A stretch of 64,000 nucleotides of DNA from Nitrospirota bacterium. Lineage in GTDB: Bacteria > Nitrospirota > UBA9217. Both the position numbers and the translations under genes were made by a program. The stretch is taken from assembly GCA_963840455.1 (NCBI GenBank), contig CAWIYV010000011.1:704001-768000 (forward strand), in the 5' to 3' direction. The first letter of the stretch is position 1, and each line of letters begins with the position of its first letter. Below the pieces are notes generated by a model that ran no database searches, was not told where the DNA came from, and saw only the letters and a program-made list of their open reading frames with translations. Shown here piece by piece: positions 21,014 to 30,018 of this stretch.

Positions 21014-22380
21014 CAGAACCCCTCCAGAACTTTTTCCATCTTCATGCCGCGCGACCCTTTGACGAGGACCGTGTCGCCCGGCCGCGAATGCTCCCGCAGG
21101 AGTGCGGCGCCCCGTGAGGTCGTTTCAGCCTCGAATACCCTGTTGCGGGCCATGCCCGCCGCGACCGCCCCCTCGGCGATGTGCCGGGCGAGCGGTCCCA
21201 CGCAGATCAGAAGGTCGATGCCCAGGCTGGACGCGGTCCGTCCCGTGTCGCGGTGCGCTTCCGCCGCCGTCTCGCCGAGCTCCAGCATGTCGCCCAGCAC
21301 GGCAACGGCGCGCTTCCCGCCCTTGAGCGAGGCCAGCGTCTCGAGGGCGGCCTTGACCGAGGCCGGGTTCGCGTTGTAGTAGTCGGCGAGGACCGTCCGG
21401 CCGTTCAGGACCCTGAGCTCGGAGCGCATGGCCACCGGCCGGAACTCCTCAAGGCCGAACTTCACGGTCTCAAGCGGAAGTCCCGTGGCAAGCGCCCCAG
21501 CGGCCGCTGCCAGGGCGTTGTACACGTTGTGCCTCCCCACGGTCCGCAGCCGGACCAGGACCGACCGCCCGGCGGCGTGGAGCGTAAGGTCCGTCAGGTC
21601 GCGCTCCTGGCGGATGTCCTTTGCCTGCACGTCGGCTTGCCGGTCGATGCCGAAGGAGAGGACGCGGCCGGAATACTTGCTCCGGAGCGTGGTAAAATAC
21701 CGGTCGTCGGCGTTCAGCACCGCGGTTCCGTCGGACCGCATCATTTGCAGCAGTTCGCCCTTCGCTTGGGCGACCGTGTCCGTGCTGCCGAGAAACTGGA
21801 GGTGCGCCGGCCCGATGTTCGTGATCACGCCCACCGAGGGCATGGCGAGCCGCGCCAGCGTCTCGATCTCGCCCAAGCCGCTCATGCCCATCTCGATGAT
21901 GGCGGCCTTGTGCCGTGCCTCCAGCTTCAGGAGCGTGAGCGGCACTCCGATGTGGTTGTTCAGATTCCCTTCGTTCTTGAGCACCGGTCCTTGCTGGAGC
22001 AGGATGGCGGCAAGCATCTCCTTGGTCGTGGTCTTGCCATTCGTTCCCGTGACGGCGATGACGGGCAGAAGGAACTTCTTCCGGTGCATCAGCGCCATCT
22101 CCTGGAGGGAGAAAAGCGTGTCCTCAACGGGAATGACGTTCTTGAGGCCGCTGATGTCGGCGTACTTCGCCTCCAGGGCGCTCCGGTCCACGATCGCCCC
22201 CCAGGCGCCCTTCCGGATCGCGTCGGGGACGAAGTCGTGTCCGTCGTACCGCTCGCCCCGGATGGCGATGAAGAGCTCGCCTTCCTTGACCGTCCGGGAG
22301 TCTATGGATATCCCCTTGATCTCCATCTGCTGAAGCCTTTTCTGAAGCTGCTCGAGCGTTTTCTTATCCTGATCGTTCAT
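21013..22380 (-). CDS. murF: UDP-MurNAc-tripeptide--D-Ala-D-Ala ligase
   Basis: IDSR, GTNGKTTTKE, NNHIGVP, DYYNANP, GDMLELG and VKGSRG motifs. Confidence 0.97.
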   Translation of the reverse strand: MNDQDKKTLEQLQKRLQQMEIKGISIDSRTVKEGELFIAIRGERYDGHDFVPDAIRKGAWGAIVDRSALEAKYADISGLKNVIPVEDTLFSLQEMALMHRKKFLLPVIAVTGTNGKTTTKEMLAAILLQQGPVLKNEGNLNNHIGVPLTLLKLEARHKAAIIEMGMSGLGEIETLARLAMPSVGVITNIGPAHLQFLGSTDTVAQAKGELLQMMRSDGTAVLNADDRYFTTLRSKYSGRVLSFGIDRQADVQAKDIRQERDLTDLTLHAAGRSVLVRLRTVGRHNVYNALAAAAGALATGLPLETVKFGLEEFRPVAMRSELRVLNGRTVLADYYNANPASVKAALETLASLKGGKRAVAVLGDMLELGETAAEAHRDTGRTASSLGIDLLICVGPLARHIAEGAVAAGMARNRVFEAETTSRGAALLREHSRPGDTVLVKGSRGMKMEKVLEGF

Positions 22381-22401
22381 GGTCCCGTGCACACGCGAAC
22401 G

Positions 22402-23949
22402 TCATGCTTTCGTCGCGCCCCGCGCTCCGTTCTTCGCACTGCGTTTTGCTATCGCCGTCCGCGCCTGCTCCCGGTCGTCGAAATGGTGCTTCGTGGAGCC
22501 GACGATCTGATAATCTTCGTGGCCCTTCCCGGCGATCACCACGATGTCGCCGGGCTCCGCGAGGGAAACCGCAGTGTCGATGGCCTCCGCGCGATCGGGA
22601 ATGACCAGGTACGGCGTCGGCCCGCCCTGGGCCGTGATCTCACCGAAACGCGACACCTTGCGCCCGCTGCCCATGCCCGTCTCGATCTCGGCGATGATGG
22701 CCTGCGCGTCCTCGGTCCTCGGATTGTCGGACGTCACGATGACGATATCGCTGCCCAGCACTGCCGCGGCCCCCATCTTCGGCCTTTTGGTGCGGTCGCG
22801 GTCGCCGCCGCACCCGAAGACCGTGATCACCCGCTTCACCGCGACCTCGCGCACCGCCTCGAGGAGCCGGAGGAGTGCGTCCTCGGTGTGGGCATAGTCA
22901 ACGAATACCCCGAAGGGCTGCCCTGCATCCACCTTCTCCATGCGGCCGGGGACGGCCTTCATTCTGCTGATGCCTGCGACGACGGCGTCGCGGGGAAAGC
23001 CCAGCGCAAGCCCCATGCCGACCGCCGTCAGGATATTGTAGATGTTGTGCCTCCCCACGAGCGGTGATTCGATGTTGATGGTGCCTGCCGGTGTGGTCGC
23101 GGTAAAGGTCAATCCGCCGAGCCCCTGGTCGACGGGGCCGGCGGGCCTTATATCGGCCTGTTGCGAAAGACCGAAGGTGATGATCCGCGCACGGGTATTC
23201 GCGATGATGTCGCCTGCCCGCGCATCGTCGCTGTTCACGACCACGACCGCATCAGGTGCAAGCCCGGAGAACAGCCGGAGCTTGGCCTGGAAGTAGGCCT
23301 CCATGGTCTCATGAAAATCCAGGTGGTCCTGCGTCAGGTTCGTGAACGCGGCAGTCCGGAACTCGCAGCCCTCGGTCCTTCCCAGGGCGAGTGCATGGGA
23401 CGAGACCTCCATAACGCAATAGCTCACGCCGCCCCCGGCCATCTCGGCCAGCAGCCGCTGCAGGTCCAGCGATTCCGGTGTGGTGTTCGGCGCCGGGTAG
23501 ACCGTCTTGCCGATACGGTAGTCGATGGTGCCGATCAACCCCGCGGTATGGCCTGCGGCCTCGATGATCGATCGCACCAGATAGCTCGTCGTGGTCTTGC
23601 CGTTCGTCCCGGTGATGCCGGCGAGGGCAAGGCGGCGCGAGGGATACTCGTAGAACCGCGCCGCGAGACGCGCCAGCGCCCGACGGGAGTCCGGCACGCG
23701 GATGATCGGCGTGTCCGGAAGCGCTTCGATCCGGACGTTTTCCTCTACCACGACAGCCGCCGCACCCTGCCGGACGGCCTGCGGAACAAAGTGATGGCCG
23801 TCCGAGTGAAATCCTCGCACGGCCACAAAGACTGCACCGGGTGACGCCTTCCGTGAATCCTGCACAAGGTCGGTCACCTCGCGCTGGCGCCACGGTCCGG
23901 GGAGTTCGCCTACCCCGTCCAGCGCGGAAACCAGCTCACCCAGCTTCAT
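22402..23949 (-). CDS. murE: UDP-MurNAc-dipeptide--meso-DAP ligase
   Basis: EVSSHAL, DYAHT and GCGGDRD motifs; DNPR indicates DAP specificity. Confidence 0.97.
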   Translation of the reverse strand: MKLGELVSALDGVGELPGPWRQREVTDLVQDSRKASPGAVFVAVRGFHSDGHHFVPQAVRQGAAAVVVEENVRIEALPDTPIIRVPDSRRALARLAARFYEYPSRRLALAGITGTNGKTTTSYLVRSIIEAAGHTAGLIGTIDYRIGKTVYPAPNTTPESLDLQRLLAEMAGGGVSYCVMEVSSHALALGRTEGCEFRTAAFTNLTQDHLDFHETMEAYFQAKLRLFSGLAPDAVVVVNSDDARAGDIIANTRARIITFGLSQQADIRPAGPVDQGLGGLTFTATTPAGTINIESPLVGRHNIYNILTAVGMGLALGFPRDAVVAGISRMKAVPGRMEKVDAGQPFGVFVDYAHTEDALLRLLEAVREVAVKRVITVFGCGGDRDRTKRPKMGAAAVLGSDIVIVTSDNPRTEDAQAIIAEIETGMGSGRKVSRFGEITAQGGPTPYLVIPDRAEAIDTAVSLAEPGDIVVIAGKGHEDYQIVGSTKHHFDDREQARTAIAKRSAKNGARGATKA

Positions 23950-25688
23950 TGCGACACCAGGAGCATCCTGCCCCCCAGATCGTCCGGCCGCACCTGCAGG
24001 TAGGTCAGGCTCTGCTCCGCCACGGCCTTGAAGACCGGAGCCGCGACGCTGCCTCCCCAGGTGACGCCGACCGGGCTGTCGACCATCACCACGATGACCA
24101 GCTTCGGCGTCCCTGCCGGCGCGAAGCCGGCGAAGGAGCTCACATAATCCTCTTTCGAATAGTGGCCCGTGCGCTGGTCGATCTTCTGAGCCGTGCCCGT
24201 CTTGCCCGCTGCGCTGTAACCCGCTGGCTTTGCCTTCTGTCCGGTCCCTGTTTCGACCGCCTTCTGCAGGATCTGCCTGACCGTCCGGCTCGTCTCTTCG
24301 GACACCGCACGGCCGACAGCCACAGGTCCGACGGTCACCAGCTCCCTGCCTTCCTTGTCCTTCGGATCCCTGATCTCGGAAACGAGATAGGGCTTCATGA
24401 GGATGCCTCCGTTGGCGATGGCGCTATAGGCCGCGGCCATCTGGATGGGTGTGACGCCGATCTCCTGGCCGATGGATATGGAGCCGAGCGAAACGCCGGA
24501 CCACAGCCGGTGGTCCTTGACGAGCCCGGCGATCTCACCGGGAAGGTCGACGCCGGTCTTCCTGCCGAACCCGAATGCCGAAAGGTACTTCGCGAAGCGG
24601 GCCTTGCCCAGCCGCTGGGCGACCTTGATGGTCCCTACGTTGCTCGACTCGGCGATGACGTCGGCGAAGGTGAGCACACCGTTCCTGTGCACGTCCTTGA
24701 TCACCCGATCTGCCACCTGGATGCTCCCGGCGCTGCAGTCGATCCGCTCCTGAGGATGGACCACCTTCTCCTCGAGGGCCGCTGATGCCGTTACCATCTT
24801 GAAGATGGAGCCCGGCTCGAACGCATCGGTCACCGCCCGGTTCCGCCACTCCTCGGGCCGGTACTGCTTCGGCTCGTTGGGGTTGAACGCGCCCCGCCCG
24901 CGCAGGGTGGAGCGGACAGAGAGCGCCAAGACCTCTCCCGTCTGAGGGTTCATGACGATGCAGACCCCGCCGCGGGCCTTCGATTCGGCGAGGCCCTTGT
25001 CGAGCTCCTTCTCGGCGATGTGCTGGATGACCTCGTCGAGCGTGAGCGTGATGTCCTTGCCCGCCTGGGGCTGCCTGAACTGAAATCCATGGCCGCCGGG
25101 AAACACGGTCCGGCCGCGGGCATCCTTCTCCGCAAGCACCAGGCCGTCAACGCCCCGGAGCATGGAGTCGTACCACAACTCAACGCCCTCGATGCCCTTG
25201 TTGTCCACGTTGGTAAAGCCGAGCACGGTACCTGCCAAGGTCTTCTTGGGATAGAACCGGCGGGACTCCGTCTGGAGGCCGATGGCCGAGCGGTCGAGGT
25301 CCCGCACCCGTTCGGCCCGTACCGGATCCACCTTGCGGCTGAGCCAGACAAAGCGGCGGTCACTGGCGAGCCGCCGCTCGAGCTCTGCTGGGTTCTCGTG
25401 CAGGATGCGGGCGAGCTCCCGCGCGACAGGCCGTGGATTCCCGACCTCTGTCGGCACGCCGTACACGGAATCCACGTCCACGCTCACCGCGAGCTCGCGG
25501 CCCCTGCGGTCGACGATGGTCCCCCGCTTGGGCTCGAGCTTCACGAGCCGCTCCTGCTGGCGCTCGGCGCGGCGCGACAGTTCCCCGTGCTCGATGATCT
25601 GCAGATGGACGAGCCGGAGCCCGACGGCCGCGAAACCCGCGCCCATCAACAGGAGAACGAACAGTATGCGACCCCGTTTTTCCCTCAT
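23946..25688 (-). CDS. ftsI: Division-specific class B penicillin-binding protein FtsI (PBP3)
   Basis: EPGSIFK (SxxK), SSN (SxN) and GKTGTAQ motifs; downstream of ftsL. Confidence 0.95.
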   Translation of the reverse strand: MREKRGRILFVLLLMGAGFAAVGLRLVHLQIIEHGELSRRAERQQERLVKLEPKRGTIVDRRGRELAVSVDVDSVYGVPTEVGNPRPVARELARILHENPAELERRLASDRRFVWLSRKVDPVRAERVRDLDRSAIGLQTESRRFYPKKTLAGTVLGFTNVDNKGIEGVELWYDSMLRGVDGLVLAEKDARGRTVFPGGHGFQFRQPQAGKDITLTLDEVIQHIAEKELDKGLAESKARGGVCIVMNPQTGEVLALSVRSTLRGRGAFNPNEPKQYRPEEWRNRAVTDAFEPGSIFKMVTASAALEEKVVHPQERIDCSAGSIQVADRVIKDVHRNGVLTFADVIAESSNVGTIKVAQRLGKARFAKYLSAFGFGRKTGVDLPGEIAGLVKDHRLWSGVSLGSISIGQEIGVTPIQMAAAYSAIANGGILMKPYLVSEIRDPKDKEGRELVTVGPVAVGRAVSEETSRTVRQILQKAVETGTGQKAKPAGYSAAGKTGTAQKIDQRTGHYSKEDYVSSFAGFAPAGTPKLVIVVMVDSPVGVTWGGSVAAPVFKAVAEQSLTYLQVRPDDLGGRMLLVSQ

Positions 25689-25728
25689 GTCCTTGATAAT
25701 CCGGCGGCATGGCCCCCGGTGACTGTCC

Positions 25729-26088
25729 TTACTTCGCGGGAGGCTGCAACTCGCTTCCCGCGGCGTCCGCCTTTTTCCGTTTTACGACCACCACATTCTC
25801 TTTTGACGGCCGGACCATGCCAAGCCGCTTTACAGCGATATCCTCGATCCTTCCTGGCGCCGAGAGGCTCGAAGCCTCGATCTGGAGCGAGCGGTTCATG
25901 CGTTCAAGATCGCGCTTCTGTTTCTCCAGCTCCTCGATCTGGTATCCCAGCCGCATGATCTGCACCTTGCCACCCACGTACAGCATCAGGACCAGCACGA
26001 CGAAGCCGGAGATCAGCACCAGGCGCAGGTTGCTGCTCCTTGTCCGGGGGAACGGGAAGGACCCGATATTTCCGGCACGAGTGTTCAT
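25729..26088 (-). CDS. ftsL: Cell division protein FtsL
   Basis: Short TM helix plus leucine zipper; RIEDIAVKRLGM; between rsmH and ftsI. Confidence 0.85.
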   Translation of the reverse strand: MNTRAGNIGSFPFPRTRSSNLRLVLISGFVVLVLMLYVGGKVQIMRLGYQIEELEKQKRDLERMNRSLQIEASSLSAPGRIEDIAVKRLGMVRPSKENVVVVKRKKADAAGSELQPPAK

Positions 26089-27032
26089 ACAGATAATTTC
26101 TCCGCCGCCCGGAGTTTCGCGCTTCGGGCGGCCGGATTCGCTGCGGTCTCGTCCTCCGATGCCATCAACGGCCGCTTCGTCAGGACCTTCAGGTCCGGCT
26201 TCTTCCCGCACCGGCACACCGGGAGTCGGGGAGGACAGATGCAGCCCTTCGCGTGCGCCGCGAAGGCCTGCTTCACGATGCGGTCCTCGAGAGAGTGGAA
26301 CGAGATGATTGCCACTCGGCCGCCGGGCTTGAGCAGGCTGACCGCCTGTTCCAGCCCGTCGCGCAGGGCACCCAACTCGTCATTCACGGCGATTCGCAGC
26401 GCCTGGAAGGTCAGCGTGGCGGGATGGGTCCGCCGGGGAGGATACGGTGGGAACACGGTGGAAACTATCTGTGCAAGTTGCGTGGTACTGGTGATCGGCT
26501 CCCGGTCCCTCGCCCGTTCAATGGCCTTCGCTATGGCATATGCCTTATTATCTTCGCCGTACTCGCGGATGATGCGAGCAAGATCGTGCCGGGACAGGGT
26601 GTTCACCAGGTCCGCGGCCGTGGTGGAACGGCCCGCATCCATCCGCATGTCCAGGGGGCCCTCCGTCATGAAGCTGAAACCGCGCTCCGGGCTCCTGAGA
26701 TGGAACCAGGAAAGCCCCAGGTCCAGCAGGACGCCGTCAACACACTCGATCTTGAGCTCGGCGAGGACCTGCTTCAGGTCGCGGAAATTCGCCTGGCAGA
26801 TGATCGCACGCCCGCCGTACCGTGCCAGCCGTTCCCGGCTCCGGGCCACGGCTTCCTTGTCCTGGTCCAGACCGACCAGAACGCCGTCGGGTTCCGAGCG
26901 CTTCAGGACCTCTTCCGCATGGCCGCCGCCGCCGAGCGTGCCGTCAACATACACGCCGCCCGGCCGGGGAGCGACCAGATCCACCGCCTCGCGGAGCAGA
27001 ACGGTTGTGTGTTCCAATTGCGGATTATGCAT
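26085..27032 (-). CDS. rsmH: 16S rRNA m4C1402 methyltransferase RsmH (MraW)
   Basis: HTTVLL, DGTLGGGGH, GPLDMRMD, FQALRIAVNDEL and SFHSLEDR motifs. Confidence 0.97.
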   Translation of the reverse strand: MHNPQLEHTTVLLREAVDLVAPRPGGVYVDGTLGGGGHAEEVLKRSEPDGVLVGLDQDKEAVARSRERLARYGGRAIICQANFRDLKQVLAELKIECVDGVLLDLGLSWFHLRSPERGFSFMTEGPLDMRMDAGRSTTAADLVNTLSRHDLARIIREYGEDNKAYAIAKAIERARDREPITSTTQLAQIVSTVFPPYPPRRTHPATLTFQALRIAVNDELGALRDGLEQAVSLLKPGGRVAIISFHSLEDRIVKQAFAAHAKGCICPPRLPVCRCGKKPDLKVLTKRPLMASEDETAANPAARSAKLRAAEKLSV

Positions 27033-27120
27033 TTCGGATTGCGGATTGAACCTCTCACCGAACACCGCGCTTCGCGAATCCGCGCTCACAATCCACAATT
27101 CGTAATCCGCATTCCGCAAT
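27016..27120. repeat. Palindromic 7-bp tandem repeat (GCGGATT / AATCCGC)
   Basis: attgcggattatgcatttcggattgcggattg ... aatccgcgc...aatccacaattcgtaatccgcattccgcaat; overlaps the rsmH start. Confidence 0.75.
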
Positions 27121-27126
27121 GCATCT

Positions 27127-27492
27127 TCAGAGCCCCAGCGGGAGGTTCGTCTCCACATCCTTCAGGGCGACGCCATAGCTCTTCGCCGCCTGGCCCACGG
27201 TATCGAATACCGGGAACGCCTCGAGGACGCCGGTGGTCTTGAAAATGTTCTTGATATAATCGGAAAGGGCGGCAAGCCGGATGTCGCCGCCAAAGGATTG
27301 GAGCCGCTTCTTCTCATCCGCGAGGGAAGGAAGGATGGCGAAGTTGACATGTTCCACGGCCTCGAAGTTCAGGATCAGGCCGTACATCTCTCCTTTGATC
27401 AGCTGGCCGACTATGCGGCTGATCTCGGCCATCTTGGCCGCGTCGACCTCTCCTTCGAGGTTCATCTGATATATCTTGATCTTTCCCTCCAT
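27127..27492 (-). CDS. STAS domain protein (anti-sigma-antagonist fold) in the dcw operon
   Basis: LEGEVD...LILNFEAVEHVN...GGDIRLAALSDYIKNIFKTTG pattern; start immediately after mraZ stop. Confidence 0.85.
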   Translation of the reverse strand: MEGKIKIYQMNLEGEVDAAKMAEISRIVGQLIKGEMYGLILNFEAVEHVNFAILPSLADEKKRLQSFGGDIRLAALSDYIKNIFKTTGVLEAFPVFDTVGQAAKSYGVALKDVETNLPLGL

Positions 27493-27495
27493 CGC

Positions 27496-27930
27496 TTATA
27501 GGCCCAGCGTGGACAGCACCTCTCCGATCTTATCGCCATTCTGGGGACGCCTCGCTTCCCAGGCCGCCCTGTCCCAGATCTCCATCTTGTTGATGATCCC
27601 CACGACCATCACGCCCTTGCTGATGCCTGCACGCTCGCGGAGCGCCGGCGGGATGAGGATGCGGCCCTGCTTGTCGAGCTCGCACTCCGTGGCGTTCGAG
27701 AATACGAACCGCGTGAAGTCCTTCACTTCCTTCTGCGACTGGGGAAGGGCTTTGATCTTCTCCTCGACGCGCTCCCATTCCTCAAGGGGGTAGGCCATGA
27801 TGCATTTGTCGAAGTCCATGGTGAGCACGAGCTTGCCTTCGTATCGCTCCGCGAGGATGTCGCGGAAACGCGATGGGACGCTCACTCTTCCCTTGGAATC
27901 GACACTATGTTCGAAGCTGCCGCGGAACAT
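27496..27930 (-). CDS. mraZ: Transcriptional regulator MraZ
   Basis: Two DxKGR/DKQGR AbrB-like repeats; first gene of the dcw cluster. Confidence 0.97.
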   Translation of the reverse strand: MFRGSFEHSVDSKGRVSVPSRFRDILAERYEGKLVLTMDFDKCIMAYPLEEWERVEEKIKALPQSQKEVKDFTRFVFSNATECELDKQGRILIPPALRERAGISKGVMVVGIINKMEIWDRAAWEARRPQNGDKIGEVLSTLGL

Positions 27931-27935
27931 TCAGC

Positions 27936-27969
27936 TCACCCTCTCCACCCTTCCCCACTTTATACCACT
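27936..27969 (-). promoter_or_regulatory. MraZ binding boxes
   Basis: GTGG repeats at exact 10-bp spacing (plus-strand CCAC at 27945, 27955, 27965). Confidence 0.8.
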
Positions 27970-27978
27970 ATTGCGCAA

Positions 27979-28007
27979 AGTATAACTATCCACAAGACTT
28001 CTGTCAA
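27979..28007 (-). promoter_or_regulatory. Sigma70 promoter of the dcw operon
   Basis: TTGACA-17 bp-TATACT on the minus strand. Confidence 0.75.
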
Positions 28008-28199
28008 GAAAATTATTTATATTTTGAGAAGTTACAGGGTGGGACAGCTTTTGGGACCGTTGCCAATTTTATTCGTGACAAGGGGATTGAAAATGGGTAG
28101 AATTGCCGGCAGGTGAAAGAAGAAAGCGGTAAAAGGACAGATAAAAAACAGTCGCTTTCGCTTTTCTCTTACTTTTTAATTCTCACTTTTCAACCTATC

Positions 28200-28499
28200 A
28201 TGCCCGATCATTTCATCTCATCGGACGAAGAGCACATCAAGCGGGAAAAAGCACGCGCCCGGGAGCTCCGAAATTCCCAGTGGTGGAAGCGGAAACGCTC
28301 AAGCGGTACCTGCTACTATTGCGGCGGCAAGTTCAAGGCTGATGAGCTTACTATGGACCACCTCATCCCGATCGTACGCGGAGGCAGATCGATCGCGGGC
28401 AACGTGGTCCCCGCCTGCAAGGAATGCAACACCAAGAAAAAATACCTCCTCCCTACGGAATGGGAAGAGTACCTGGCGAATCTGAAAAAAGAGGAATAA
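28200..28499 (+). CDS. Small HNH endonuclease
   Basis: CYYC...TMDHLIPIVRGG...NVVPACKECN motif. Confidence 0.88.
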   Translation: MPDHFISSDEEHIKREKARARELRNSQWWKRKRSSGTCYYCGGKFKADELTMDHLIPIVRGGRSIAGNVVPACKECNTKKKYLLPTEWEEYLANLKKEE

Positions 28500-28515
28500 A
28501 CCGGACAGGGCGATC

Positions 28516-28760
28516 GGACGCGGATCTGCTCAGATAAGATCTGATCCGTCAATTGCTTTTGTTTTGAATCCAGGAGCGAGCGCATTCCCCGAAGCTTGCT
28601 GCGGGGTTAGCGAGCGATTAGAATAAATATTACTACCTTGAGGATCGAGGACTCCCTGCAGCTTTCTGAAGGGAGCTTCAATGAGAAAAGAAAAGGCCAT
28701 GATTGTAGAACTTCTTTGAATTCCGCCCTTATCGGACGTTATTAGATTTGATCCGCATCC
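28516..28760. repeat. GGACGCGGATC palindromic repeat enclosing a MITE-like element
   Basis: ggacgcggatc...gataag on the left arm; cttatc...gatccgcatcc on the right arm. Confidence 0.6.
28564..28681 (-). mobile_element. MITE/REP-like element, TTGAA...TTCAA
   Basis: Reverse complement aligns with 30828-30974 (CCTCAAGGTAGTA, ATCGCTCGCTA, CCCCGCAGCAAGCT, GCTCCTGGATTCAA). Confidence 0.75.
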
Positions 28761-28773
28761 AAATGACTTTCTC

Positions 28774-28804
28774 AAAAAAAAGCGGGGATCATCGATCCTC
28801 GCTT
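28774..28804 (-). terminator. Intrinsic terminator after the BCAM0308-like gene
   Basis: AAGCGAGGATC...GATCCCCGC hairpin followed by a T tract on the minus strand. Confidence 0.6.
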
Positions 28805-28928
28805 CTCTTTGTCTTGCCGCTTTGCAATGTCTTGCTGTATCTTTATCAGGTTTTGACCTTTCCCCGTGTCCCCCCGTCTCCGCGTCTCCGTGTCAGTCTT
28901 TTCTTATCCCCCTGTTGCCGTGTCGGCG

Positions 28929-29444
28929 CTATACCTCTTCCCGCGCCCAGTCCACTCGCACCAGTTTGTTGTCGTGGGACCAGTGGTACTTCACGTCGCC
29001 GTGGAATGCCTTTTTTATGGCCCTGCCGAGACGCTGGGCGAGCTTCTCGTTCGTCGTGTTGATGATGATGCTCCCGTGACCGTTCTCCTTGATGGACATC
29101 ACCCGTTCCAGGGGATTGAAGCCGCGGGCCCGGTCCTCCTCGTTCTTGACAAGCTTGATGAGCTCCCGTTTATGTGGCAGCACATAACCGCCCACTAAGG
29201 TCACGATGCCGCCCGGGAAGTTGTCCCGGATCTTGAGGCATGCAGGGCAGACCACCTTCATCATCACCGTTCCGGCCTTGATGATCTCGGGGCCCACGTA
29301 CCAGCGCTTGTTCCGGTACACAGCCTGGCAGCCCTCGCATACCGCAGCGCCCTGTCCGCCCTTCGTAATGTACGTATCGGTGATCACGATCTTTTTCTTA
29401 TAGCTGGTGCTGTACTTCTTTCCTTTCCCTGCGGGTGTCTTCAT
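28929..29444 (-). CDS. BCAM0308-family zinc-ribbon protein
   Basis: CEGCQAVY.NKRW...CPACLKIRDNFPGG...PLERVM...TTNEKLAQRLG...VRVDW motifs. Confidence 0.8.
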   Translation of the reverse strand: MKTPAGKGKKYSTSYKKKIVITDTYITKGGQGAAVCEGCQAVYRNKRWYVGPEIIKAGTVMMKVVCPACLKIRDNFPGGIVTLVGGYVLPHKRELIKLVKNEEDRARGFNPLERVMSIKENGHGSIIINTTNEKLAQRLGRAIKKAFHGDVKYHWSHDNKLVRVDWAREEV

Positions 29445-29484
29445 GGCCTGCCTCCTCACTGCTCACGTTGCTGACGGTGACCGT

Positions 29485-29697
29485 TTATCTCACCTTGCGA
29501 TGGATCTCAGTGAACTGCGTCTTGAACTCCGGCAGGTTCCTCGTCAAGAACAGCTTCAGCGCCTTGAGCTCCCTCACGATGTCGCGTTGGCCTTCTTCAA
29601 GATCGAGGCCCCGCTTCTTGAAGGAGTCACCGAGGTTTGCGACAGCCTTTTCGAGGATCCTGACCCGTTCCAAGGCATCATCCGTTATCTTCGGCAT
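29485..29697 (-). CDS. Hypothetical 70-aa coiled-coil protein
   Basis: GGGAGGGAG SD, typical codon usage, operon context. Confidence 0.7.
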   Translation of the reverse strand: MPKITDDALERVRILEKAVANLGDSFKKRGLDLEEGQRDIVRELKALKLFLTRNLPEFKTQFTEIHRKVR

Positions 29698-29712
29698 GGC
29701 TGCTCCCTCCCT

Positions 29713-30018
29713 TCAGCGATTAAGCTTCTGCCCGAGCTTCTGCTCGACCGATTCGAGCTTGGTGTCGAGACGTTCGCCCTTGCCCTTGTAATCGTCGATC
29801 TTGATGGTCGTCACGACCCGGTCCGCGTCCTTCAGGGCCTCGTCATGGCATTTTTTAATGAGGTCCATCAACTGTCCCCACTCCCCTTCGACCACCGTCC
29901 CCATGGGATTCGCCTTATACCGCACACCATTCTCCATGATGATCTTCATCACCCGGGCTATCACCGGGCTGACGCTCGCGCCTTTCCCCAGCGGGACAAT
30001 GCTAAACTCGGCCATCAT
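29713..30018 (-). CDS. MTH1187/YqgV thiamine-binding family protein
   Basis: AEFSIVPLG...SVSPVIA...NPMGTVVEG...IKID motif. Confidence 0.92.
   Translation of the reverse strand: MMAEFSIVPLGKGASVSPVIARVMKIIMENGVRYKANPMGTVVEGEWGQLMDLIKKCHDEALKDADRVVTTIKIDDYKGKGERLDTKLESVEQKLGQKLNR

Noticed and set aside
9268-27242. Long plus-strand ORFs antisense to dcw genes (e.g. 21181-23067, 15072-16619)
   Set aside because: Shadow ORFs expected from high-GC codon bias; no recognisable domains.
28200-28499. HNH gene as part of a prophage or defence island
   Set aside because: Solitary ~100-aa HNH with no phage, methylase or defence neighbours.
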